A DNA stretch of 49,507 bases from an uncultured Myxococcales bacterium (GTDB lineage Bacteria > Myxococcota_A > Polyangia > Palsa-1104 > JAEUJZ01): assembly GCA_937859535.1 (NCBI GenBank), contig CALLYL010000458.1:1-49507 (forward strand), read 5' to 3'. The notes below the pieces were generated by a model. It had not been told where the DNA came from. It saw only the letters and a list, made by a program, of their open reading frames with translations, and did not search any database. Position 1 is the first letter of the stretch. Every line of letters begins with the position of its first letter. Positions 9,789 through 18,204 of the stretch are shown here, in pieces. Both the position numbers and the translations under genes were made by a program.

Positions 9789-11219
9789 ATGCGCGGGGTG
9801 ACCCCAACCCGCACCGATCCAACGCGTAGCAGACCTCGCACCGGAATCTTGGTGCTGCTGATGTCCGTATCAATCGTGACGGTGGCACTCCTGACGTATC
9901 AGGATGTGAAGCATCGCTATGCTGAATCAATAGAGGACTACGCACAAGCGCAACAGACCTTGGCGCGCAGCGTTGCGAACAATTTGGCGGCTCGACTAGA
10001 TGCTGTGAATTCCAAATCTCCAAGTGATGGATCGCGTTTAGGTTCGTCGACCCTGCCACTGCGAATGCCGACCGATGGAATGAGAGCCATCGAACAGCCT
10101 GGTTCACTGGTGATCTTGCTGTTCCGACCAGGCGCGAGTGCATTTGAATCCTTGGACGGACGGCTGGTCCACTCTACGCTGCTTCAGCAAGCGGTGACCG
10201 CTAGGCAATCCACGTTGCGACTGCCACGTCAGGAGGCCGAGCTGCTCGGTCTACCGCGTCGAGCAGCAGTGGCGGGAATCGCTCAAGTTAGTTCGCTTCA
10301 TCACGGTGAACTCTGGGTTACGGCAGTGGCCAGTGCGTATCGAGCTCGTGAACGAGAAGATGCCGCTGGTTGGAGGATGGTAATCGCGGTGCTGGTCGCA
10401 TCGGGGGCGGTGTTACTCCTGGGAGGGATAGCACTATATTGGCAACGCCGAGAGCTTCACGCAGAGCACGCGCTTGCGGTGGAAGACCTTCGCCGCCGTC
10501 GAGAAGCAGAGCTGGAACGTACAAGTCGGGTGGCCACCATCGGAACCCTTGCGATGGGAATCACCCATGAATTGGCAACGCCTTTGGGAATCATTTCCGC
10601 TCGCGCCGAGCAGTTGGTTTCGAAAGTATTGGGCGATCCGCGCAGCGAGCGCAGCGTGCGGGTGATCCAAGAGCAAGCAGAACACATGGACCAGATCATC
10701 CGGGGGATGTTGGGGCTCGCACGGGGACATAGTATGGGAGCCAAAACGCTGACTCCCAGCGACGTATCGAATGCCGCAGTAGCACTGGTTGAGCATCGAT
10801 TTACAGAGGCTGGCGTCAAGCTCCAAGTCGAGGAAGCCGAGATTCCGTACCAGCTACGAGGTGATCATCGACTCCTGGAACACGCACTGGTGAATCTACT
10901 CCTAAATGCCTGCGATGCGTGCATGCTGAGCCCACAAGGCAATCCGTGCGTCAACTTGTCTGTTCGCGCTACAGAGAGTATGGCGCTGTTCCGGGTGATT
11001 GATAATGGATCGGGAATCTCTGCGGAGGCAGCGGCGCGGGCCATGGAGCCGTTCTTTACGACCAAGCCGCTCGGACAAGGTGCAGGCCTGGGACTTGCAA
11101 TCGCCCATGAGATCGTGAAAAGCCACCATGGCACCTTATGTATCTCACCACGCGCTGAGGGCGGTACCTGCGCGGAAATCACCTTGCCACTACTCCCAGA
11201 GGACATCCATGTCTCTTGA
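9789..11219 (+). CDS. sensor histidine kinase
   Basis: H-box ITHELATPLGII, N-box LLLNACDA, G1 VIDNGSGI, G2 GQGAGLGLAIAHEIV, and TM segments. ATG 9789 was chosen over the ORF start at 9651. Confidence 0.85.
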   Translation: MRGVTPTRTDPTRSRPRTGILVLLMSVSIVTVALLTYQDVKHRYAESIEDYAQAQQTLARSVANNLAARLDAVNSKSPSDGSRLGSSTLPLRMPTDGMRAIEQPGSLVILLFRPGASAFESLDGRLVHSTLLQQAVTARQSTLRLPRQEAELLGLPRRAAVAGIAQVSSLHHGELWVTAVASAYRAREREDAAGWRMVIAVLVASGAVLLLGGIALYWQRRELHAEHALAVEDLRRRREAELERTSRVATIGTLAMGITHELATPLGIISARAEQLVSKVLGDPRSERSVRVIQEQAEHMDQIIRGMLGLARGHSMGAKTLTPSDVSNAAVALVEHRFTEAGVKLQVEEAEIPYQLRGDHRLLEHALVNLLLNACDACMLSPQGNPCVNLSVRATESMALFRVIDNGSGISAEAAARAMEPFFTTKPLGQGAGLGLAIAHEIVKSHHGTLCISPRAEGGTCAEITLPLLPEDIHVS

Positions 11220-12651
11220 ACGCAAGCCGCAGATTCTGGTGGTCGATGATCAGTTGGCGATGGCCGAGACGCTCTGTGAAGGGCTCCACGACCACGGCTT
11301 CGATGCGATTCCGATCGGTTCAGGAAGGAAGGCGGCCTCGCTGTTAGAATCCGATTCCTTTGATGCGGTGGTCACCGATCTGCGAATGCCGGAGGTCGAT
11401 GGCATGACTCTCCTCAAGCTATCGCGTCGCTTGGCCCCGGAGCGCCCGGTGCTGATGATGACAGCGCATGGTGCCATCGACAGCGCCATCGAGTCGATTC
11501 GTCAAGGAGCCGCGCACTATCTGACCAAACCGTTCAAGCTAGAGGAACTGGTGATCTTCCTTCACCGTGCGCTGGAGGAGTCAAGAAGCAAGCGGGAAGC
11601 TTCGACCTTGCTCGCCACCTTGCGCGCACGCAGCGGACGGAGTGCTCTGATTGGTCAGAGTCCGGCCATGCTCGGTTTGTTTGAATTTCTCGATCGAATC
11701 GCGGTGACTGACGTACCGCTACTTATTGGTGGAGAGACCGGAACCGGGAAGAGTCTGTTCGCCCGCGTTGTGCATGCAGAGAGTCGTCGCGCCAAAGGGC
11801 CGCTGATCTCACTCAACTGCGGAGCGCTCCCAGAACAACTGCTCGAAAGTGAGCTATTTGGACATGAAAAAGGAGCGTTTACCGGAGCGGCACAAGCGCG
11901 AAAGGGACTCCTTGCAGAAGCCGATGGAGGAACTCTGTTTCTCGACGAAATTGGGGATCTTCCGGCCATGCTACAAGTCAAGTTGCTGCACGTTCTGGAG
12001 GAAGGGTTGGTGCGACCGATCGGTGCCAACCGTCCGCTCCGGATCAGCGTCCGTATACTCGCCGCCACCCACTGTGACTTGCGCGAAGCGGTCAAGCTCG
12101 GCAAGTTCCGCGAGGATCTGTACTTTCGACTGGATGTAATCTCCGTCTCGCTTCCTGCTCTGCGTCATCGCCGGGAGGATCTGCCCCTACTGATCGCGCA
12201 CTTTCTGCATGAACACCGCGCCCGTCATCCGCACTCTCCGGTTCTGCGGATCAGCGCCGATGCCATGAGGCGACTGCTTACGTACGACTGGCCCGGCAAC
12301 GTCCGCGAGCTGAGCCATGTTCTGGAACGAATCGTAGTGCTAGGAAGCACTCAAGAAGTCGGATCAACGGATTTACCGTCGAGCATTGTAGGTTCTGAAC
12401 CAGTGGTTCCTTTTGCGATGATAGGTGAGATCCTACCGATTCGATTGATTCAGCGCCGCTACGCGGCATGGGTTCTTGCACAGGTCGGGGGTCACAAAGG
12501 CCAAGCAGCAGACAAGCTTGGGGTCGATGTAAAGACTCTGTACAATTGGATCTCAGAGGACAAGCTCACCGAACCTCCACCCAGCGTAGCCAGTGACACA
12601 GGAAGTAAGGGCCCACTGCTTCACGAGGTTTCAAAAGTGAAACATCTCTGA
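11209..12651 (+). CDS. sigma54-dependent response regulator (NtrC family)
   Basis: Receiver domain (ILVVDDQ...VVTDLRMPEVDG), AAA+ Walker A GETGTGKS, the sigma54-contact motif ESELFGHEKGAFTGA, and a Fis-type HTH at the C-terminus. The start overlaps the kinase 3' end by 11 nt. Confidence 0.9.
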   Translation: MSLERKPQILVVDDQLAMAETLCEGLHDHGFDAIPIGSGRKAASLLESDSFDAVVTDLRMPEVDGMTLLKLSRRLAPERPVLMMTAHGAIDSAIESIRQGAAHYLTKPFKLEELVIFLHRALEESRSKREASTLLATLRARSGRSALIGQSPAMLGLFEFLDRIAVTDVPLLIGGETGTGKSLFARVVHAESRRAKGPLISLNCGALPEQLLESELFGHEKGAFTGAAQARKGLLAEADGGTLFLDEIGDLPAMLQVKLLHVLEEGLVRPIGANRPLRISVRILAATHCDLREAVKLGKFREDLYFRLDVISVSLPALRHRREDLPLLIAHFLHEHRARHPHSPVLRISADAMRRLLTYDWPGNVRELSHVLERIVVLGSTQEVGSTDLPSSIVGSEPVVPFAMIGEILPIRLIQRRYAAWVLAQVGGHKGQAADKLGVDVKTLYNWISEDKLTEPPPSVASDTGSKGPLLHEVSKVKHL

Positions 12652-12696
12652 CCCAGCAGGTGTAATGGATGACGCCCCTGGGACGAGGCAGCACTG

Positions 12697-12712
12697 CGGC
12701 ACTTGAGTTGCT
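12697..12712 (+). promoter_or_regulatory. sigma54 (-24/-12) promoter candidate upstream of the porin gene
   Basis: cGGCAC-ttgag-TTGCT matches TGGCAC-N5-TTGCW, with GG at 12698-99 and GC at 12710-11. It lies about 50 nt upstream of ATG 12762 and directly downstream of an NtrC-type activator gene. Confidence 0.55.
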
Positions 12713-12761
12713 GTTGTGATTCGAAGAGCGGACCCCAAAGGCCGCATGGAGCGTCGCAGCA

Positions 12762-13886
12762 ATGTCCCAGGTTCGGTTCGGAATCACTGTTCAATTGGGT
12801 GCCCTTGGTCGCATCTTCTCGGTTGTCGGACTCGTTCTTCTGGTCGGAGTATTCGGCACACCAGCAGCCAAGGCGCAGTCCGCACGCTGTAGCCACGGAG
12901 AAGACAGCATTCTGTCTATGTCCGGCGCACGATTCTCTCTGCAAGGAAGCGCCTTTGCCCAGATTCACTACTCCGCCGCACTCAAGGGCACAGAGCTCGT
13001 TCGCAGCGACTTTACAGTACCGCGTGCTCGCATCTGTGGGTCAGGACATGCCTTCACATCCCGACTCCGCTACCGCTTGATGATTGGTCGTAGCGTTCAG
13101 CGTGAGATCGAGATCAACGACGCTTTTGTAGAGTGGGAGCCGATCGATGGGCTGGCGTTTCGGATCGGGCGATTCAAGCTACCGATCATCAGAGAGTGGA
13201 TCGAATCAGCGCAGGCGCTGGCCACTGTAGATCGTGCGCTGGCGTCGCGACTTCTGCTGCCTGGACGCGATTACGGAGTGCGGGTCGGGGGTCGTCTGTG
13301 GAGCCAGCGTTTGGAATATCTAGTCGGAGTCTGGAACGGCGACGGAGAGACCCTCACTCATGCGGTCGACACAAGCCCGGCCGTGGTCGCCCGACTTTCC
13401 CTGCATCTGACCGCGAATCCCTATTCGGGTGCCGTTGATTTTGATGGCAGCTTGCCCCATGTCACCGTGGAAACAGGACTCCTGTGGAATCGCTGGAAAC
13501 CACCCTCATCCGCAACTCCTGCTCCACAGGTGGAAGACACTTTGTGGAACGCCAGTGCGCTGTTTCGCTGGGCCCACTTCGACGGTGCCTGTGAGTACAT
13601 CGGCCAAAAGAGGACCGACTCCCAAAAGACGATCTGGACGCACGGTGGATACCTACGCTTGACCTATCTTGTGCCGCTATTGCGCTCCTCTTTCACCGGG
13701 CGGGCGTCGGTGGTTGCCGTACGGGGAGACAAACCCAGCCAACAAGTGGAAGCGGAGGCCAACTGGGGAGTGTATCTCGATCGACACCGCGCAAAGCTCA
13801 TCGCTCGCTACGGAGTCCTCCACGACCAGGTGCCAGCCACCGTGGAACATCAGCTTGGAATCCTCACGCAGATTTCGGTGTACTAA
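12762..13886 (+). CDS. outer-membrane porin, phosphate-selective porin O/P-like
   Basis: Signal peptide ending AKAQS. FRIGRFKLPIIREWIESAQALATVDRAL resembles the Porin_O_P signature (GRFK.P...E......ERA). The C-terminal residue is aromatic (..ISVY). Confidence 0.6.
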   Translation: MSQVRFGITVQLGALGRIFSVVGLVLLVGVFGTPAAKAQSARCSHGEDSILSMSGARFSLQGSAFAQIHYSAALKGTELVRSDFTVPRARICGSGHAFTSRLRYRLMIGRSVQREIEINDAFVEWEPIDGLAFRIGRFKLPIIREWIESAQALATVDRALASRLLLPGRDYGVRVGGRLWSQRLEYLVGVWNGDGETLTHAVDTSPAVVARLSLHLTANPYSGAVDFDGSLPHVTVETGLLWNRWKPPSSATPAPQVEDTLWNASALFRWAHFDGACEYIGQKRTDSQKTIWTHGGYLRLTYLVPLLRSSFTGRASVVAVRGDKPSQQVEAEANWGVYLDRHRAKLIARYGVLHDQVPATVEHQLGILTQISVY

Positions 13887-13978
13887 CGGACTCCTTCGCT
13901 CCGCCTGATCTCTGGGGCAGGTCTTCCTACACAGACTGACCTTTCCCGATGTTGCAAGAGCTCGCTGGTGCCCACGTC

Positions 13979-14011
13979 TAGCGCGATCTTCAGGCTGTTT
14001 CCATCGCGCTA
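13979..14011. repeat. perfect 9-bp inverted repeat (TAGCGCGAT-N15-ATCGCGCTA)
   Basis: The arms at 13979-13987 and 14003-14011 are exact reverse complements. It lies in the intergenic region between the porin stop and the pirin start. It could be an operator or a terminator-like hairpin. Confidence 0.5.
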
Positions 14012-14119
14012 CGCATTCCTGCGTACCTCGCTATCGATTTGTCTGGCATGATGGCCGCTCCACCGCCGCTTGCAGCGTCACAAACCTCAGGCGTTCGGAA
14101 CGAAATGAAGGAGCCGAGC

Positions 14120-14938
14120 ATGCGAGCCCGGAGCATTGACAAGCGCCACGTAGGAATCGAGCACGGTTTCATCCGTAGAATCGTTAGTCCTGAAGACCTG
14201 GGAGAGCGCCTCAAGCCTTTTGTCTTTCTGGACTTTACCCACGGCAAAATTCCAGAAAATGGCGGCTTCGGCTTCCATCCCCACTCAGGCATCGCCACGA
14301 TCACTTATCAGCAAGCAGTGGAACTCACCTACGAAGACACCACTGGGCAGAACGGGATCGTCCAGGCACGTGGCCTGGAATGGGTCAACACCGGCGGCTG
14401 TATTTGGCATCGAGCTGGGATGAAGCAGGTCGGTGACAACGCGATCGGATTTCAGCTCTGGATTGCGCTACCTCCCGATCAAGAACAGGGGACTGCCTCC
14501 GCAATGTACATCCCGCCATCGGAGGTGACGTCTACCGAAGGAGTGCAGGTGCTACTCGGGGAGTATTCCGGTGTACAGAGTCAGATCAAGACTCCTTATC
14601 CGGTCAACTACTTCGATGTCTCGCTACGCGCCGGAATTCCGTGGTCCTATGTTCCGCCGGAAGGACACGATGTGGTGTGGGCCTTTGTCTATTCCGGCGT
14701 CGTCCGCATCGGTGATGTCGCGTGCTGTGAAGAACTTGTCATTTTCGACCGAGAGCCCGGAGCGCTTCATTTGGTATCAGACTGCCCGGCGGGTTTGATG
14801 CTCGGAACCGCGCCTCGCCATCCCTATCCGCTCGTGGTGGGCAGAAACTCTGTTCATACCAGCGCCGAAGCCCTGCATGCGTCCGAACAACGCATCGCCG
14901 CCTTGGGCGCAGAGCTACGCAAACAAGGGCGCATGTAA
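14120..14938 (+). CDS. pirin family protein
   Basis: FGFHPHSGIATITY matches the pirin HPHRGFETVTY metal motif within a bicupin layout. ATG 14120 is preceded by AAGGAG. The ORF extends to 14039. Confidence 0.8.
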   Translation: MRARSIDKRHVGIEHGFIRRIVSPEDLGERLKPFVFLDFTHGKIPENGGFGFHPHSGIATITYQQAVELTYEDTTGQNGIVQARGLEWVNTGGCIWHRAGMKQVGDNAIGFQLWIALPPDQEQGTASAMYIPPSEVTSTEGVQVLLGEYSGVQSQIKTPYPVNYFDVSLRAGIPWSYVPPEGHDVVWAFVYSGVVRIGDVACCEELVIFDREPGALHLVSDCPAGLMLGTAPRHPYPLVVGRNSVHTSAEALHASEQRIAALGAELRKQGRM

Positions 14939-14982
14939 CAGGCCGGTGCTGCTCGCTCCGCTTGGGCTCACCATCCAGCGGG

Positions 14983-15297
14983 TTACGAGGTCGGCTTTCC
15001 CTTGAGCGAACCCACCGTCCACTGTGCGATCGGAAGCGTCCGCGCTGGAGTTGCCTTTTCAACGAGGGAACTCGGCGCGACACCGTGGTTCGACTGCGGA
15101 GCCTGCTGCTGCTGCGCAGTCGCCTTCGGCGGGGGTGCGTCAAGCTCGTAAAAGTCGCTCTTTTTGGCCCCACAGATCGGACAACGCCAGGAGTCAGGAA
15201 TCCGCGCAAAGGGAGTCCCCGCTGGAATTCCACCATCGGGATCACCAACGGCGGGATCGTAAACGTAGCTACACTTGCGGCACTTCCAGGTCGTCAC
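14983..15297 (-). CDS. rubredoxin with a roughly 50-aa C-terminal extension
   Basis: WKCRKCSYVYDP...WRCPICGAKKSDF carries the two CxxC knuckles of rubredoxin. Confidence 0.85.
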   Translation of the reverse strand: MTTWKCRKCSYVYDPAVGDPDGGIPAGTPFARIPDSWRCPICGAKKSDFYELDAPPPKATAQQQQAPQSNHGVAPSSLVEKATPARTLPIAQWTVGSLKGKPTS

Positions 15298-15348
15298 GAT
15301 GCCGACTACATATCACAAAAATCTGCGCGCTCGAACGACTTGATCGGA

Positions 15349-15774
15349 TTAGGGGCTCGAACGGGCGACGCCCCGGATGTGAGCAATCAAGCCGTCCAGC
15401 TCCTCGCGACTTTTGCCAAGCTGAGGAAACGCGGGCATCGCGGCACTCTTCCTGACGCCCGGCCCACCGCGCAGGATCGCGGCACGCAGTCGGTCGTTCG
15501 AGACATTGGACTGCCACACCGGATCACCGAGGTCTTGCACGCGGACCTTGCGATTGGCGAGCGCTTCCGGGCCATCGCCCCAACCGGATACGCCGTGACA
15601 GCGAACACAGTGCTCCGCATACAGCTTGGCCCCAGTCGCCCGCGCTTCCGCAGAGACGGTCGGAGCGGCCTCAATCGCAGGCAGCGCAGTGGTCCGCTGA
15701 CACGCCACAAGGAGTACGCATCCAGACCACAACCACCCAATGCGCTGCGCAGTCTTCGCTGACATCTGGTTCAC
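15349..15774 (-). CDS. c-type cytochrome (class I), probable lipoprotein
   Basis: CVRCHG haem-binding motif, a distal Met (SAAMPAF) and a lipobox LVAC in the signal peptide. Confidence 0.7.
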   Translation of the reverse strand: MNQMSAKTAQRIGWLWSGCVLLVACQRTTALPAIEAAPTVSAEARATGAKLYAEHCVRCHGVSGWGDGPEALANRKVRVQDLGDPVWQSNVSNDRLRAAILRGGPGVRKSAAMPAFPQLGKSREELDGLIAHIRGVARSSP

Positions 15775-16800
15775 TTACCCTTCGACCGGAAGCCGCACGC
15801 AGGTGCTGATGGCTCCCAATAGTCCGATCTCTTCACACTGCACAACATGGATCGGAATCGACTGTAGGAGCGCAGAAAAGCGACCCTTACGTGCAAAATG
15901 CGAAACGAAGCGTCCGTCCGTAAACAGCGACAGGTTCTTGGCGGCAATGCCACCGGCCAGATACACACCGCCCCGGGCCAGCGACTTCAGCGCAAGATTG
16001 CCAGCCTCTGCTCCGTAGAGCATCACAAAGCGCTCCAGGACTCGCTCACAGAGTCGGTCGGTCTGCAAAAGCGCGTGATGAGAGATCACCTGCGCGGCAT
16101 CAGCGGAACGTGCGATCTCTGCGGCAACCTGCGGGCTCTCCAGATCAGGAAACTCTTCCTTGAAGAACTCATAGAGCGTCACGATTCCGGAACCGCAGAC
16201 CAGCCGTTCTTGGCTGATGTGATCGGGAAAGCGGCGCGCCAGAAACCGCCACAGCGACAGCTCGGTTTCATCGTGGGGCGCAAAGTCAGTGTGGCCTCCT
16301 TCAGTCGGCAAGATGATCGGTACCTCGCCATGAAACGCAATCAGCGCTTCCCCAAGTCCGGTTCCCGCCCCAAGCACCGCAATCGGCGCACCTTGGACCG
16401 CCACCGCACCCGGTTGTAAGGAGTGCAACACCAGACCAGCAAAGGAGTGCCCTTGTGCGACCTGTGCAATCGCAACCGCGACGGCATAGAAGTCGTTCAG
16501 GAGTCGCACCGCCGAAAATCCAAAGCGCTCGGCGAGACGCTGGCCACTTAACCGATAGTGCAGGTTGGTGATGTCGCTTTCCTGATGGGTTCCTACTTCG
16601 ACCACCGGACCGGCCACTCCGATCGCAGCACGTCGCGGCATCGGGAGCGAGCTGTGCGATGCCAAAAACTCCGCAATCATCGACTCCAAGTCTGGATAGC
16701 CCATACTTGCGAACCGCTGTTTGTGGAGCACTGTGCCCGAGTCATCACACAGCGCGAGCAGGGTCTTGGTCCCCCCCAGGTCTCCGGCCAAGATGGTCAT
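15775..16800 (-). CDS. glk: glucokinase
   Basis: The N-terminus MTILAGDLGGTKTLLAL and the later GAGTGLGEA match the bacterial glucokinase family. Confidence 0.8.
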   Translation of the reverse strand: MTILAGDLGGTKTLLALCDDSGTVLHKQRFASMGYPDLESMIAEFLASHSSLPMPRRAAIGVAGPVVEVGTHQESDITNLHYRLSGQRLAERFGFSAVRLLNDFYAVAVAIAQVAQGHSFAGLVLHSLQPGAVAVQGAPIAVLGAGTGLGEALIAFHGEVPIILPTEGGHTDFAPHDETELSLWRFLARRFPDHISQERLVCGSGIVTLYEFFKEEFPDLESPQVAAEIARSADAAQVISHHALLQTDRLCERVLERFVMLYGAEAGNLALKSLARGGVYLAGGIAAKNLSLFTDGRFVSHFARKGRFSALLQSIPIHVVQCEEIGLLGAISTCVRLPVEG

Positions 16801-16806
16801 CGGTGG

Positions 16807-18069
16807 CTAACCCTCCGTCGAGGAACCGTTGATTCCCAAGCTCTCTGTCGCCCGCACGCTAAAGCCCTCGCGGAACAGTCCCTGCCACATCGCCGGACGG
16901 TAGACATCGCCGGCCAGCGCGCTCGTGATCGCCGCACAGGTGGCCGGACTGGCCGCCGAACGAACCAGCAGCAGACGCAGGTTGCGCTCATAAAACTCGT
17001 GGACCAAACCCTTGAACAGATCGGCCCCGTGGAGTGCCTGCTGCTGATAGATCGCGAAGCGCTCTGCCGAATAGTTTCCGTCGGAAAGTGCCTCGTGGAT
17101 GACATTCGCTGCGTATTTGCCACAGGTCACCGCCATCAGCACGCCGGTCGAAAACAGCGGATCGATAAACGCCGCCGAGTCGCCGACCAGGAGGAAGCGA
17201 TCCCCGTAGAACTGCTTGCAGCGATAGGACCAGTTGCCAGTGGTATCGATCGGTCGAACCCGCGTCGCCCCCTTCAGGAGGTCTTGCATCACCGGTGTGG
17301 CCTCAAGCGCCGCCATGAACATCTGCTCGGCACTATAGCCGCGCCGCGAGACGGTGAACTCCTTCTGGAGCGTGCAACCAATCGAGGTCACGGTGCCCTT
17401 AAACGGGATAAACCACCACCAGCCACCGTCAAACAGCACGATGGTGATGTTGCCCTCGTCCTGGCCGCTCTCCCGATTGCAGTGTTCGTAGTGGGTAAAG
17501 CACGCCAGGTTGGTGGTGACCAGATCGTCCGAGACTTTCAGGCCAAAGCGGGTGCCCAAGAACGTGTCCCGACCGGTCGCATCCACGAACACCTGACAGC
17601 GCAGGATCTCGCTGTGACCATCCGCAGAACGCGCCGTCACATCGACCCCACCGTCGTCGAACTTGACGTCGCGCACGGTGGTCTCTTCCCGCACCACCGC
17701 TCCGAGAGACTCACTGCGTCGCAGCAGCAGGTTGTCGAAGTCGGCCCGGGGAACCTCGTACGCAAACGGATGGTCGGGCCGAATCGCCTCGGAAAAGTAA
17801 TAGGTCTGGGTCAGACCCGACTCATTGTGGATAAAGCGAGCACCGTGCTTGATGATGTAGCGCTGCTTCATCTCGTCGAAAATGCCCAGCTCATCCCAGA
17901 TCTCGCCACCGCAGGGCAGAAGCGACTCACCCAGGTGGAAGCGCGGAAAGCGCTCCTTTTCCAGCACCAACACCGAGCGACCAAGCTTGCGCAGAAAGCT
18001 AGCCGTCGTCGATCCGCCGGGTCCACCACCGGCCACGATTACATCGTACGAGTTCTGCTGAGTCGTCAT
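16807..18069 (-). CDS. FAD-dependent oxidoreductase, flavin-dependent halogenase-like
   Basis: YDVIVAGGGPGGS dinucleotide fold plus GGWWWFIP, which fits the WxWxIP motif of flavin-dependent halogenases. AAGGAG lies upstream of the ATG. Confidence 0.7.
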   Translation of the reverse strand: MTTQQNSYDVIVAGGGPGGSTTASFLRKLGRSVLVLEKERFPRFHLGESLLPCGGEIWDELGIFDEMKQRYIIKHGARFIHNESGLTQTYYFSEAIRPDHPFAYEVPRADFDNLLLRRSESLGAVVREETTVRDVKFDDGGVDVTARSADGHSEILRCQVFVDATGRDTFLGTRFGLKVSDDLVTTNLACFTHYEHCNRESGQDEGNITIVLFDGGWWWFIPFKGTVTSIGCTLQKEFTVSRRGYSAEQMFMAALEATPVMQDLLKGATRVRPIDTTGNWSYRCKQFYGDRFLLVGDSAAFIDPLFSTGVLMAVTCGKYAANVIHEALSDGNYSAERFAIYQQQALHGADLFKGLVHEFYERNLRLLLVRSAASPATCAAITSALAGDVYRPAMWQGLFREGFSVRATESLGINGSSTEG

Positions 18070-18204
18070 CAGTGGTTCTCCTTATTAGGAATTCGATACG
18101 CCTCTTATATTCGCCTGAGCCAACGAGTCTTTGCCTAGCAAGCGACAGCCAGCGTTGTTCATGGCATCTATCAGAAAGCGGGCCGATAGGAAAGGCTCGG
18201 CAAC

